Shown: one piece after another, positions 27,642-40,850 of the stretch | How the letters are laid out: each line of letters opens with the position of its first letter | How positions within the stretch are numbered: position 1 is the stretch's first letter | Assembly: GCA_951406725.2 (NCBI GenBank) | Contig: OX597819.1 | Span: 42,904,001 to 42,968,000 of the forward strand | Origin: Octopus vulgaris | Taxonomy: Eukaryota | Direction of reading: 5' to 3' | Length of the DNA: 64,000 bases | Program-made: the position numbers and the translations under genes | Notes under the pieces: model-generated | Told to the model about the DNA's origin: nothing | The model's input: the letters and a program-made list of their open reading frames with translations, nothing else | The model's database searches: none

Positions 27642-28268
27642 GTATATAAAACAGAAAGATAGAGTTGTATGAAAATGTGGCTGGAGAGGAAATGAAAAGG
27701 GGGGGGAGGAAGAGGGGTACATAGAAGGGAAAGATAAGTGATATCTCTATCAGTAAGGTTCAATAACTCCCCCAATGGACTAGCTGGTTTCTTTCTCATA
27801 AGCAAGAATTACATTTCCATTGAAATGTAAAACCTTGTTAGTTTTATTAGCCAGGATAGCTAACAAAACACCAACTTCATTGCTTCCACCCATACCATCT
27901 CTTCTCCTTTCAGTGGATTCTAGTTTGTTTTCCTTTTTTTTTGCTTTTTTCTTAATACTATTATGAAATTACCTACCTACCTACCACCACCACCACCACC
28001 ACCATCGCCACTGCTGCTGCTGCTACTATCCGGCATGTTGAGTTTTAAAATGAGGTGGGAGGGGAAAAAAATTGCCCTTTTATTTGTAGGATGTTGGAGA
28101 AGAGAGATTTAGGATAACTCATAATTTTGTAATGTTTTGTTCAATACTTGGTTCCTTATTGATTTGTAAATATTAAAAAAAATATTACAGTAAATAATAT
28201 AAAAAAACCCCCCACTTTATACATAATATACATTTATACATGTATGTGTGTGCGTGTGTGAGTGTGTG

Positions 28269-28320
<52 letters not shown>

Positions 28321-28847
28321 TAGTGCAGCTTGAAATAAATTGCTGATGTCACTCATTTTTATTTTATATTTTTAATGCAGTTTCATCTCTGGAAATTGCA
28401 ATATTGACATTCTACAACAATGAAAATTATAGATAGCATTTCAGGAGAAAATTCTCACTGAAAGAGATTCATTACAGAGAAACCAGACCCCCTGTGTCTG
28501 CTACTGCTGCTATGAGAGGAGGGTGGGTGAAGTAGTATTTGAGAGAGAGAGAGAGAGAGAGAGGCAAGACAGGATGAAGAGGGAGAGAGAGAGAGTAACC
28601 TGGATGATTGATATAAAAGTACTAAAACTGTGTCAAAAATTGAAAAGAAACTGGTTGCAGGAAGTAAGTAACAGCGGTGGGAAGAGAGGGGGTGAGCTTT
28701 TAGTTTCTAAACTCTTTCCCTATCCAAAGGAAGTGCAAGGAGTTCTTCTGGTAACAATCAATAATGAAGTTTGGAGTTTTATGCTAAGGAGGAATTATAG
28801 GAAAACTAAGTGGAATATTAAACATCATGGAAAAAAAAAAAAAAAAA

Positions 28848-28894
<47 letters not shown>

Positions 28895-30576
28895 TACATA
28901 TATAACTAATTAAAACAGAATTAACCAATAAAAAAAAAGAAAGAAGGAAGGAAGGAACACTCGTATACTCTCACACATACATGTATCTATGCAAGACGAC
29001 AACAAGAGAATTTCTTGTAGCTGAAGGTCAATAATAGTGTTCCTGACACACATTTTTATTTTTTAAAACTTTTTAAAGAGGTTCCTACAAGATGTACGGA
29101 ATGGAATTAAAAAAAAAAAAATAAATAAATAAAATAAAATAATGCAATGTTCTGGAGGGCAAGTTTCGGTTTAAAAAAAAAAAAAAATAAATAAAAAAAA
29201 AGAGAGAAAAGAAACCTAAAAAGAACTAGGTCAAGTTTATTTCTAATTTATTTCTTTATTCTTAGCACTTCTACAAAGAGATCAAATGATCAAGATGGGG
29301 GAGGTGGGGGGGAGAAGTTAAGGGGAAAAAAATGTGTATGAGAAGTTTGAAATCTGTTCCACAAAATAAAATGATATATAAATAGGAAAATAAGCCATTT
29401 TCTTCCCCTTCCTTTTTTTTTTCGTTTTTGCTTGTTTTCCCTCCAGAGACTGAATTTTGCGCAGTTTCTCACAGAGAAGGCGGCACTATTTAAATTAGTT
29501 TTAATGTCTAATTCATTATATATGATACAAGTGGGCCATTTGCTGCAAACATGCTGATTAAACCAACCACCATAGCAACTAACATTAAGGTAACCTGATA
29601 TATATAACGTGGGAGTCACTATGTGTGTGCGACCCATCTGTTAGAAATAGTAGCTTAAATCTCCTTTGGCTTACAAAAACTAGAGCATTTTCGGTGGTGT
29701 GGGAGAGTGAAGTCTTACATAAATTATGTTGGAAGTGGGGGAGGGTTCACATGAAGAAGAGATGGTCATAGCTGGAATGACCTTTGATTTATATAAGTTG
29801 GCATTACTAGAGCTGATCTGAGGTGAAACAAAAGCAACAAACACTGTAATTTGAATGAAGGAGAAACCCTAACACGGGAAAGCATATCGGATAATACAAC
29901 AGTCTCATACTATGTCTAGATGGGGAGTGGGAACACTTTTGATAATCAAGGCTTATCCTGGGATCCACAAAAAAAAAAAAAAACATTAAGAGAATGAGAA
30001 CCTACAACTGTTTAACGATTAAACCTTTAAAGATTAATTCAAAACAATTTGAATAAAAAAGCATTACATATGACAGAGTAATCTGAATGCTAAAACTGTT
30101 TATCTTTCATCGTAACTTGGTTCCAAACTTGTTCCAGCCATTAGACTGTGGCTATGCTGAGGCGCAGTGCTTTGAAGGGTTTTAGTTGAAGAAATCAACT
30201 CCCAGGATTTTTTTTTTTAAAGTTTGGTATTTAATCTATTGGTCTCTCTTTGCCACACCGCTAAGTTGCAAGAATGTAAACAAATCAATACTAGTAGGTG
30301 GGTAGGACAATCACAAAGATACACGTTTCCATTTGCTAAATTCACTTTCAAAGTTGGCTTAGGGCTATAGTGGAAGACACTTAGCCAAGGTGCCACACAG
30401 TGAGACTGAAACCTGAACCTAATATGATTGTAAAGTGAACTTCTTAACTACACAGCCATGCCTATGCATAGTTAGTGAGCAATTTGGATATTCTAGTCAA
30501 GCAGTATTTTCTTGCTCAATACAAAGCAATAAGCTAGAAGTTGATTTGGCAGACTTGTTAAAGTAAATGGGTAAAT

Positions 30577-30880
30577 GAATGACCATGGGATTGCACCTAG
30601 AAAGTTCCCCTCTGAGGCACAAGTCTGGGCATGGTTGTTTATGGAAGACCAGTAGTCGCCCATACATCCCAGCCTCTCCTCTCCACGCCACCAATGTTAT
30701 CTAAGGGAAAGGCAAAAGCCAATAAAGCTTGGCACCAGTGGCATCACAACTCATTTCTACAGATGAGTGAACTGGAGCAACGTAAAAATAAAGTGTCTTG
30801 CTCAAGAACACAACACACAGTCCAGTCCAGGAATCGAACTCACTACCTCATGATTGTGAGCCCAATACTCTAACTACATG
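30577..30880 (-). mobile_element. tRNA-derived SINE, family D
   Basis: Reverse complement of 37944-38272 (catgggattgcacctagaaagttccc...). Head has box B gttcgattcc. Confidence 0.85.
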
Positions 30881-32366
30881 CATCTTCACATCTTCTTTAC
30901 CCTGGCAGTGTTGTTACCACACCAGATAATGCTTTGCTGTATTCATTCCATTATATACTTTCCATGTTCAGATCCTACCAGATCAACTTTGCCTTTCATC
31001 TTTTCAATATCAATAAAATACTAGTGCAGTACTGTGATCGGTTATTCTTTTCCTTCTCTCTCTCACTCTCTTTTTTCTTCGTTTGCGATTCATCTCTCTG
31101 GAAAAATCGATTGGGTTCTACCAGATACAACGGCGCCTCTACATCCCCATCAGGAATTGAGGGCCCAAGAGAGGAGGGAACAACACTTAAGTGACCTTTT
31201 ATTACTTCTACTTCAAACCCCTATCCTAATTAAGCTTTAAACGTTCTAAGAAAGTACGCCAGCTGAAGTTGCCTGATGATTTGGGTCAATGAAGGGCCCT
31301 TATGCAGTAGTTTGACATGAAAGAAACAGCAGCTAAATTACCGTAAATCACACATTCGAAAAAAAGAAACTAGACAAGTATATATATTGGATAAAGTATT
31401 CTTAGATATAGTTTTTTTTTTTTTTTTTTTTTAAGGGTTACAATTGGAACGTCATGAATAATTTAAAAGTGATTTGAACAATTTCGACTCAACAAGGAAA
31501 TAAGCTAATTCAATTGTTATGTGTTGATAACTTGTTAAATAATACAGTTCAAGGCCAGCTAGCCCTAATCGAGCAGTTCTATGATCAAAGATATTTGCAT
31601 CCACGGCCACCATCCTGGCTATTTTACTAGCGTATCTGGAACTGTTACCCGACATGGTCTTAAACATCGCAGCGTTGAGACCTGAGGCAGGTTTGGCTGC
31701 TATTTCTGGCGGTCGCGTCACACCATAAAGGCATTCATTCTCGGTCAAATGGTGACAGTTGAAAACAAAGTCGGCGGATGATAAGACTTGCAAATACATT
31801 CAATAAATGGGGAAGAAAGAACACCACCAGCTTATATCTATTAGTGCTCGTCCTCACAAGCTCAAAACGTCTAAAAATCGGTCTTAACACAGGCGCACGC
31901 ACACATATATAAGCAAGCAGTTCAAAATATATCCATTCATTCACTCACAGTAAAGTAGAACGCTTTTTTTTTTCTCTCTCTTCCCCTAATGAAATACATA
32001 CACTATTTATTGGAACAGATATCAGAAATAAAAGTGACTGACGATACTACGAAATAGGAGGGTGGTAGGTAGCGGTGATGGAAGAGAACAAAATAAAAAT
32101 AACGTAAACTTAGATGTACCAACCAACCGACCAACCGACCGACCGACCGACCAACCTTTCCTTTCTGTGTGTATAAAGGGAAGATGGGGAAAGCCGGGAT
32201 GGTGGAGTGGGCGATGGCTTTGCGGGTGTCAAAACAAACACTTGTCAGAGTACTTATTTTTAATACTAGAATCTTTGGTGTTGATAATAACATATCGCTG
32301 ACAAGTCTACAGATAGCAGTTACATTAAAAAAAAAAAAGGAGAGAGGAACGAAACTATACGCGAAT

Positions 32367-32414
<48 letters not shown>

Positions 32415-33595
32415 AGGGGTGGTGGTGGTGGCAGAGATAAATAACTAAACGAGAGGGAAGAGATGGGGGGAACATGTAGTAGTGGTAGTAGTAGTAGTAG
32501 TAGAAAACAACACGGCGAGTAGGAAATATGACATCAACAGCAATTTAAAGAAGGAAATTTTTTTTTTTTTTTAAATTGAAAAAAAAAAAAAAAAAAAAAA
32601 AAGGAACGAAAGAACGAGAGAAAGAATATGGAGATTATCTCAAAATGTGTCACGTCAAAAAATCCTATTAAAGCCAAGCTAATATAATTTTTAGCTATTC
32701 TCCGTTGCCCTCTGTCCGCTACTTTATCCATCCACACATTAGATATTGCTCAATATAAAAAAAAAAAAAAAGTAAATGAAATCAATAAATGCCAACACCC
32801 TACACACTTCGATAATAGGAAGGAGAGAGAGAGAGAGAGATAGAGAGAAGAACTAGAACTAGAACCAAATACACTGGAGTAGCAGAAATATTAGAAGCAC
32901 TACTATCAAACCCTTCTAGCAATCGAAAGATCCTCGCCGACGAACGAACACACATACACACACACACACAACTAATAAAAATTTGAGATGTAACAACATT
33001 ACAAAAATATACTTAAAAATTTTTAATATATATGTTCTTGCTCTCTTTCTTTCTTTTTTTTCTTCCTAATTTAATTTGGATATAGTTTCCAGAAAGCATA
33101 ACTGATAGATAGGCAAGACTTATGAATCAGTGAAGAGATTTTGGCCATTTTAATTGTGTGTGTGTCTGCGTGTGTGTTTGTGTGCGTGTATGTGTGTGTT
33201 TATGTGCGTGTATGTGTGTGTGTGTACACGCACTTATACACACATCAGTATGCTATGTATTATTAATAAAAATTAAGATAACACCCCGAAATGGAAAAAC
33301 AGATACAGGCAGAGAGGGAGTTCTTAATTAATCCTGTATTTAAAAAAAAAAAAAATTAATTGCCAATTAAAATCAATTCTCAATCGCGATAAATGCTGTT
33401 GGTAAACGCATGAACGTCACAGCTTCACGTTTTCCCTCAGACTATGATCATGTAACATAAAAGTAAACCCATGATGAATTTAGTGGTGAAGCTGACTGAC
33501 ACTCTCCACCTGGCTAGATAAGAGTTACTTCCCTTAGACAGCTTGACTGAAGTAGTCCTAACAACCTGCCGTAAGTCATTGGATAATGAATGATA

Positions 33596-34074
33596 CAGTA
33601 CCGGACCTTTTATCCGGCTTCCAGAAATCCGGGTATAATTTGCAATATACTTACTATATACCCTGTATGGAATAAACAGACCCCGTTTTTGAAGTTGGTT
33701 AAATTTGCATATTGTGTAGAAGTAGTTTTATTCATTACCTTTTTTTTTTAATTGATAAAAAGATTAAAAATACTCTGCTTTAGAACTGTGTTAGATTTGT
33801 ACCTACATTCTTCGTTTAATTTTCACTCTATAAACATACTGCATACATGGCACAGTATGACATCTTTTAAGAATTGTAAGTGGATTGGTAAATATTAAAC
33901 AGACCCAGCTAAAGAAGTGTCATAATTTCAATGTGTTAAATACAATTTAGTTTTTTTTTTAGTTTTCATAGTTCATTTATTTATTTTAACTACCAATCTC
34001 CCCAAAACCGGAAAATTTTCATAAATCCGGGACACTTCCGGTCCCAAGCTTGCCGGATAATTGATATGGTACTG
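33596..34074. mobile_element. pogo/Tigger-type MITE with TA TSD
   Basis: TA|CAGTACC.......TTATCCGGC at left and GCCGGATAA.......GGTACTG|TA at right, with repeated subterminal (A)TCCGG motifs. Confidence 0.75.
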
Positions 34075-34139
34075 TATCTCGGACGACGGCAGCGATCAAA
34101 GGAAGACTTGTAAATGATAAACTGATGGGTTTATGCCGC

Positions 34140-34696
34140 ACAAATCGACGCCAGTACTTTTTAAAACCTGATACTTAGTCTATCGTTTTCTATTTGCCGA
34201 CCCGCCTAGTCACGGGGACGTAAACACCGACTGTCAAGCATTGGTGGGGATAAACACAAAAACACAAGCTATATATATATATATATTTCTTTATTGCCCA
34301 CAAGGGGCTAAACATAGAGGGGACAAACAAGGACAGACAAAGGGATTAAGTCGATTACATCGACCCCAGTGCGGAACTGGTACTTTATTTATCGACCCCG
34401 AAAGGATGAAAGGCAATTTGAACTCAGAACGTAACGACAGACGAAATACTACTAAGCAATTCGCCCGGCGCGCTAACGTGTCTGCCAGCTCACAGCATAT
34501 ATATATATTATGAGTGAATTTGTCAGGCGAAAACTGGAAGAAGCCTTTATATATATATATATATATTCTTCCAGTTTTCGCCTAACAAATTCACTCATAA
34601 GGCTTTCGTCGATAGTGTTGCCCAAGATGCTGCGCATCGGGACTGAACCCCCAAAAACTACATGGTCGGGAAGCGAGCGTCTTACCATACAGCCAC
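34140..34696 (-). mobile_element. Diverged SINE A with a family B copy (about 34285-34493) inserted in its (TA)n centre
   Basis: A 3' half at 34140-34270, B body, then A head at 34566-34696. Confidence 0.75.
34508..34600. repeat. 35-bp inverted repeat around (TA)n
   Basis: ttatgagtgaatttgtcaggcgaaaactggaagaa and ttcttccagttttcgcctaacaaattcactcataa, one mismatch. Confidence 0.92.
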
Positions 34697-35509
34697 GACA
34701 ACTTTAATTATATTTCACAACACCAAAATAAATAAAATAATAAATGAAAGAAGAAAACAGCTTGTCGAAGATGAAGGAAAGACAAGAGTAAACGATAAAA
34801 TAGCGGACAAGCATCAAAGAAAGAAAGAGAACTGAATGGAAAGGAAAAGTTGGAAATATAGAAAAGTGAGTGAGAGAGAGAGAGAGAGACGGGGGAGGAA
34901 TGAGCAGAAGAGATTTAAGGTGCAGAAAAGAGAAGAGGAAGAAAATATCTAATAAACAAATGGAGATCAAAAGGGAGAGAAGCGGGGAAAAAACTTTGAC
35001 ACGAACATAGGTTAATAAACACACACACACACACACACACACAGTGAGGGTGAGAGAGAACTTAGAAATGTAAATCAAAATATTCTGCATCATTCTCGCT
35101 GATTTTAATCACACATACACACACACACACACGCACGCAATAGGCGTTTTGGGGGAACCACGGCGTCGTTGGTTACAGTTTACCGACGGCCTAAGTCACT
35201 GGATCACTGGGGATTATGGGATAAGGGCAGTGCGAATGGCACGGGTGTGTCTGTAATTCGGTACAAAGGAATTCCTGCTAAGATCATCAGTTTTTAGCCG
35301 CACTTAACCAACCGTTCGGTTACGACCGACACACACAACGACTGAAATCTTCTGCTTAAGGTCCCGTCTATCAAATTCCACTCTCACAGAAGTACTTGAT
35401 GTACACGCGTAACCAAAGTGCTGTGCAGAAAAACCGAACCCGAAACAACAACAACAAAAAACCCCAACTAAAATTAACTTTTCTTCTGTACAATTTCTTA
35501 AAATAATTG

Positions 35510-35696
35510 ACGATCTTTCGAAGAAAGTAAATCAAAACTGAAAGTATTTGTTCGGCAATTTCCGTAAAAAATTTTTTTTTATTTTGCTGAATCGCATATG
35601 TTTATGTATTTTGGTGTATGTATATATATATTTGTGTGTATAACATATACACACAGATATGCATAATATTACACGAATATTCATACATACACACAC

Positions 35697-35729
<33 letters not shown>

Positions 35730-35868
35730 AATACACGCAAACATGTATATGCAAAAGTTACATAAACATAAGCGAATCAGCTGATAAAATATAAAGGAAT
35801 AAAAAAAAAATTTCGGAAATTGCCGAACAAATACTTTCAGTTTTAATATACTTTTCTGAAAAATTGCC
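35510..35868. repeat. Long inverted repeat (foldback) with (CA)/(TA) microsatellite spacer
   Basis: aaaactgaaagtatttgttcggcaatttccg (35534-35564) is perfectly inverted at 35814-35844. Imperfect pairing extends inward (gctgaatcgcatatgtttatgta with tacataaacataagcgaatcagc) and outward. Confidence 0.9.
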
Positions 35869-37943
35869 ATATTATATATATATATACAAAAAATTGTTCT
35901 TGTTCCTATATATATATATATACATATACATACAGGAACAAGGATAGTTTTTTGTAAGCCTAAATTTTTCCCCTCTCAAATATATGTTTGTTATTCAGCC
36001 TCTACTTCCAAAGTTGACTATCGAAACTTTATATCAATGCAAAGAGACAAGGTATATTAATTACCTTTATCTATTTCTACAAATTGCCTGATATCGAGAA
36101 CGATTGTGGTTTATAGTAGTTTAAATAGAATATTCCCAAAAAATTATTAAAAGAGTAAAAAAATTAAAAATAAAATTTTTTTGTGGAGCAGTCAGTACTG
36201 ATAGACTGACTACACAGTGCGCAGGAATTTCGGTAACTGCAGGAATGGCATGAAGAGGATCGATAAAAGAGGGTAAAGAGCACAGTATTTATTCTATTAG
36301 GAAGAAAGATAGAAGTATGACTAAAACAGACGATAACAATGCAAGAGGCATGAGGATGGTGTTGAGTGCAAGAAGGGGAGAGAGAGAGAGACTGTAAAAT
36401 GAAAGCCATGTTGAGTGGAACAAAAGGCCATTAACAAGGGAAATGATAAGAAAAGAAAAAGCAGAAATAATGAAAACAATATGGAGGAATGAAGATGAAA
36501 GATATAATGTAGTGAAAATGAAGATCAACACTATCGGGTTACATTTAATAAAAATAAACCAAAGAACAACCTCTACTAACCCCCGCGCCCGCCCGCCCGC
36601 CACGTGGATTCTTAAGAAACTGGAACAGTTGAAAAAAAAAAAAAAAAGCTTATATCGCATACGTCAACGAACAAGAAAACTAAAATCTCATTTTAGTAAC
36701 AAATAAAATAAAACACACACACACATACATATATATAACTTTGTTGCATTATTTTCAACATTGCTATTTTTTTTCTATATTCAATAGTATATTTACAAAC
36801 CAATTTACATTGAGAAACAATAGGACAAACTTTAACGAAAGGAAGAAAAGAAGAAAAAAAATAATAACTCGCAAACTTTATACATTGTTAGTTTTGGTGG
36901 ATAGATAAACTGTTGTTGTAAATAATATGAGACAATATGTTAAAAATATAATAATCAATATTAAAGTCGGGAATTTTTTCTTAACGTATTGTTTGAACTG
37001 ATTTAATATTAAGAGGAGTTGGACCCAGTAACCTACAAGTGTTAATTATCACCTCTTGATTGAAGAGACCCGCCAGTTGATCAGAAGCACCCCAACTGTG
37101 TGAAATTCATATTGTTTTCGTAGTGTATCTTATGCTGAACAGTAATAATTCAAAATTCGTTTATTTATTCATTCATTCATTTGCTTGCTTAACGTCTCTG
37201 GTTTTGTTTCTGCTTTTCTATGCTACCATGAGTTGGGACAGGGAGTTATTACGAAATAGGATTAGGATTATTACAGCTGGGTGCTCTTCCTATCACAAAC
37301 GCTTAACTGTTTTCAGGTAAGGGATATTTTATTGCCGAGGCGTTTTTTTAATATTTTTTTTTAGCGTGTAGTGTCCAGTTAGTCATAACGTCAACATCAA
37401 CACGGGTGCACTCAAGCGTGGAATGGCAAAATACTCTCTCACTCACACACACACAAATTAATACGACAGGTTTCTTGCGGATTTTATCTACCAAATTCCC
37501 ACAGGAAGATTTTGTTGGCCCAGGGCTATAATTGTAGTCGCTTTAACCAAGCTGTCACACAATGGAACTAAACTAAAAATCATGTGGTTAAGAAATGAAC
37601 CTCTTCACAACATGGCCATACCTGCACCTCAAAATAATAGTGATAAACTAGAATAAAAGGATAAAGCTCGTTACCCAAGTCATATAGATCCATAAGGCCA
37701 GTTCCCCAGTTTCTGTGGCATATATAGTGTCCCCCTGGATGGAATGCTGCTATGTCTCAGGATTACTCATTTTTGCCAGCTCATTTTTTGAGCAATGTGA
37801 TATTAAGCTTTTTGCTCAAGTACATAATGCATTGCCTAGTCCAGGAATCAAAGCCGCAATCTTACGATGAGTGTAACACCCTAACCACTAAACCACAAAA
37901 CTCCACGGTAGCGCTGGATTAACTATTAAGCAAAATAAGCATT

Positions 37944-38272
37944 GCATGGCTCAGTAGTTAGACAGTCGGACTCACAATAATGAGGTAGTAAGTTCAATTC
38001 CTGGACCAAGCTGTATGTGGTGTTCTTGAGTAAGACACTTTAGTTCACATTGATCCAATTAACTCAGCTGTAGAAATGAGTTGTGACATCACTGGCGCCA
38101 AGCTGTATTGGCTTTTGCCTTTCCTTTGGATAACATCGGTGGTATGGAGAGGGGAAGCTGGTATGTATGGGCAACTGCTGGTCTTCCATAAACAACCTTG
38201 CCTGGACTTGTACCCAGAGGGGAACTTTCTAGGTGCAATCCCATGGTCATTCATAACCAAAAGGGTCTTTAC
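37944..38272 (+). mobile_element. SINE family D
   Basis: Box A tggctcagtagttag and box B gttcaattcc. Body shared with 30577-30880. Confidence 0.85.
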
Positions 38273-39194
38273 CCTAGGGCAACAAGGGAAAGAGGAATGG
38301 TCCTCACAGAAATCACTTCAAACTTGCTAGAATAATTTTCCTAGTGGTTTATATGATTTATATTCTGAATTACATGTATATGGAGGCAGCAAAATCTTTT
38401 AAGTGCTTAGGGCCTTTATGGGTCTTAATCCAGCCTTGCTTCACGGTGATAAACTAGCTTTGTGTGTGCTATTGCTTAGCACTTCAGGTGGCCATGTAAA
38501 AAGTCTGTGGTTGATTCATCTGCTGTTAAGAAGAATTCACAATTAAATTAATCTTGGTCAGAATTTCCAAACCTTAGTCTTTAGCTGTTTTATCAAATGG
38601 GCTACCTGCTTATTGAATTGGCATGTACATGGCTGAGTATTCCACAGACATATGTACCCTTAAATTAATCCTCAGGCAATGTCAGCGTGTAACAAAGCTG
38701 GACACTTGAAAGACAGATACAATCCATTAGACAAGCTTCCACATAGTTTCCATTTACCAATTTCCCTCTCACAGATATCTGTTGATGCTGTATAACCAAA
38801 TGACTAAGAAAGTCACTTCATAGCCACAAGGTTCCCAGGTTGAGAAAAATTAAACATGAGCAAAAAAAAAAAAAAAAAAAGGTACTTCAGTCCCTCCAAC
38901 CCCACTTTAAATGGTGCAGTTGTGGCTTTGTGGTAAGGAGTTTGCTTTCCAGTCACATAGTTCAGGGTTCAGTCTCACTGTATGGCACCTTGGGTAAGTG
39001 TCTACTACTATAGTCTCAGGCCTTATGAATGAATCCAGTAAACAGAAACTGAAAGTAGCCCATCATGTGTGTGTGTCTGTGTGTATGGATTCGTTCCCCC
39101 CGACACCGCTTCACAACAGCTGTTGGTTTATTTACATCCCCTGTAACTTGGCAGTTTAGCAAGAGAGACCAATAAAATAAGGTTTAACAAACAA

Positions 39195-39593
39195 GGCGCA
39201 GGAGTGGCTGTGTGGTAAGTAGCTTGCTAACCAACCCATGGTTCCAGGTTCAGTCCCACTGCGTGGCATCTTGGGCAAGTGTCTTCTGCTATAGCCTCGG
39301 GCTGACCAAAGCCTTGTGAGTGGATTTGATAGACGGAAACTGAAAGAAGCCTGTCGTATATATGTATATATATGTATGTGTGTGTGCATATGTTTGTGTG
39401 CTGTGTTTGTCCCTCTAGCATTGCTTGACAACCGATGCTGGTGTGTTTACGTCCCCATCACTTAGCGGTTCGGCAAAAGAGACCGATAGAATAAGTACTG
39501 GGCTTACAAAGAATAAGTCCTGGGGTCGATTTGCTCGACTAAAGGCGGTGCTCCAGCATGGCCGCAGTCAAATGACTGAAACAAGTAAAAGAG
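39195..39593 (+). mobile_element. Young full-length SINE A nested in an older A copy (about 38913-39696)
   Basis: ggcgcaggagtggctgtgtggtaag (box A) ... ggttcagtccc (box B) ... gactgaaacaagtaaaagag, CpGs largely intact. The older copy's head precedes it and its tail follows it. Confidence 0.92.
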
Positions 39594-39714
39594 AAACAAA
39601 AAATTAAGCACTGCAGTTGCGCCACTTGACTAAAATTCTGCAATGCAGTGCCCCAGCATGGCCAAAGTCTATCCAACGACTGAAACAAGTAGAAGAAACA
39701 GGATGCTGCACAGT

Positions 39715-39985
39715 GTCTATGACCTTTGCAGACACTCTGTGATCAATGAACTTCGTGTTGTATGTTGATGTTTTGTATGAATAGTTGCCGCAGATCAACA
39801 CCTGTAGGAAAGATATGCACAGGGAGAAGATTCCAGAGAACAACTATTCTGGGAAGGAAAGACTGGGCGTAGTATTTAGTTGGAGGAACAGGATAACCAG
39901 CTCTGTGGAATAAAAGGCCATAAATGTCACAATAGAGAAGACAGAGAGGAGACAGCAAGTCTGTTAGTGGAGTCACAATTATATA
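39715..39985 (-). mobile_element. 3' remnant of a CR1/L2/Jockey-group LINE ORF2
   Basis: YYAQSFLPRIVVLWNLLPVHIFP..DL matches the SFFPRT..LWNxLP..VFP C-terminal signature. RLAVSSLS lies upstream in another frame. Confidence 0.7.
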
Positions 39986-40850
39986 TGCCTGTATTTGCTA
40001 TAAAGGAAACTCTGTGTGTGTGTGTGTGGGTATGAGAGAGAGAATGTGTGTCAGAGAAAGAGTGTGTGTGTGAGAGGGAGGGAGAGTGGGTGTCACACAG
40101 AGAGTGTGTGTGTGAGTGAGTGAATGGGAGAGAGTGTGTGTGTGTGTGTGTTGGGTTTTGGTTAGGACTATTCCTGTACACTATATTTTTTATTTATCCA
40201 CTATTTGAAATGTAGTTTGAATAATTATAATAGATGAATAGAATGAAACGAAAACAAAGAATTAAAACAAAACAATATTTATACAAAAGAAAGATTAAAA
40301 AAAAACCCAAATATCTCCCTTAACCTTAATGTTATCAACCAGCCTGGGATCACTTCATGGTATAAAATACAAACTTCCAGTTTTAAAGTCATCTAAATTA
40401 AATTCTTCAAAATTTCAAACTATTTTTTTTTTCTAAACATCAACTTAAAAATGCTAGACATTTTACGAAATTTTTCATTATTTTCAAAAATGAAGTAAAG
40501 GCAGCATATTTCAATGGAAATTTGGTAACTAAAGGGTCGATGAAAGAAAGGGGTGAGCAAAAATAATCTGAGAGGCTTTTACTTGAATTCGAAAATATAA
40601 TTTTGAATCAGATTAATGTATTTTAGTCCAGAATTACTAGTTTAGCCCTTTCAATACAAATGCACCTGAAACTGCTGCTGGTTCTGTGATAAAATTACAA
40701 CCTTCTGTTAAAAACTATGTGAAAACCTTTTTCGGTTAAGGTATGCTCCAAACATCAGCTTGTAATGTTATGGCTCATGCAGCATGCTTTTTGAAAAAGG
40801 CTGCCCACACCAGGTCTATTTACTGTAAAAATTGAAGTTGACTTATTCTT

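Larger units (their letters stand above)
31050..37500. promoter_or_regulatory. CpG-retaining island, candidate intronic promoter or enhancer domain
   Basis: CpG is visibly more frequent than in the flanks, in unique sequence and in old repeats. GC boxes plus E-box ccccgcgcccgcccgcccgccacgtgg at 36581-36607, CRE-like tcacgtca near 32650. Confidence 0.5.

Noticed and set aside
27972-28036. Minus-strand ATG reading MPDSSSSSSGDGGGGGGG, superficially like the TCF N-terminus (MPQLxGGGG)
   Set aside because: Built from trinucleotide repeats, lies downstream of the TCF exon, and the available donors are either out of phase or include a stop.
29440-29500. TATA-like TTTAAATA plus Inr-like TCAGTC on the minus strand
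   Set aside because: Spacing is about 43 nt rather than about 30, and no clear first-exon donor was found.
39195-39270. tRNA genes
   Set aside because: Box A/B sequences are SINE heads continuous with SINE bodies, with no convincing cloverleaf.
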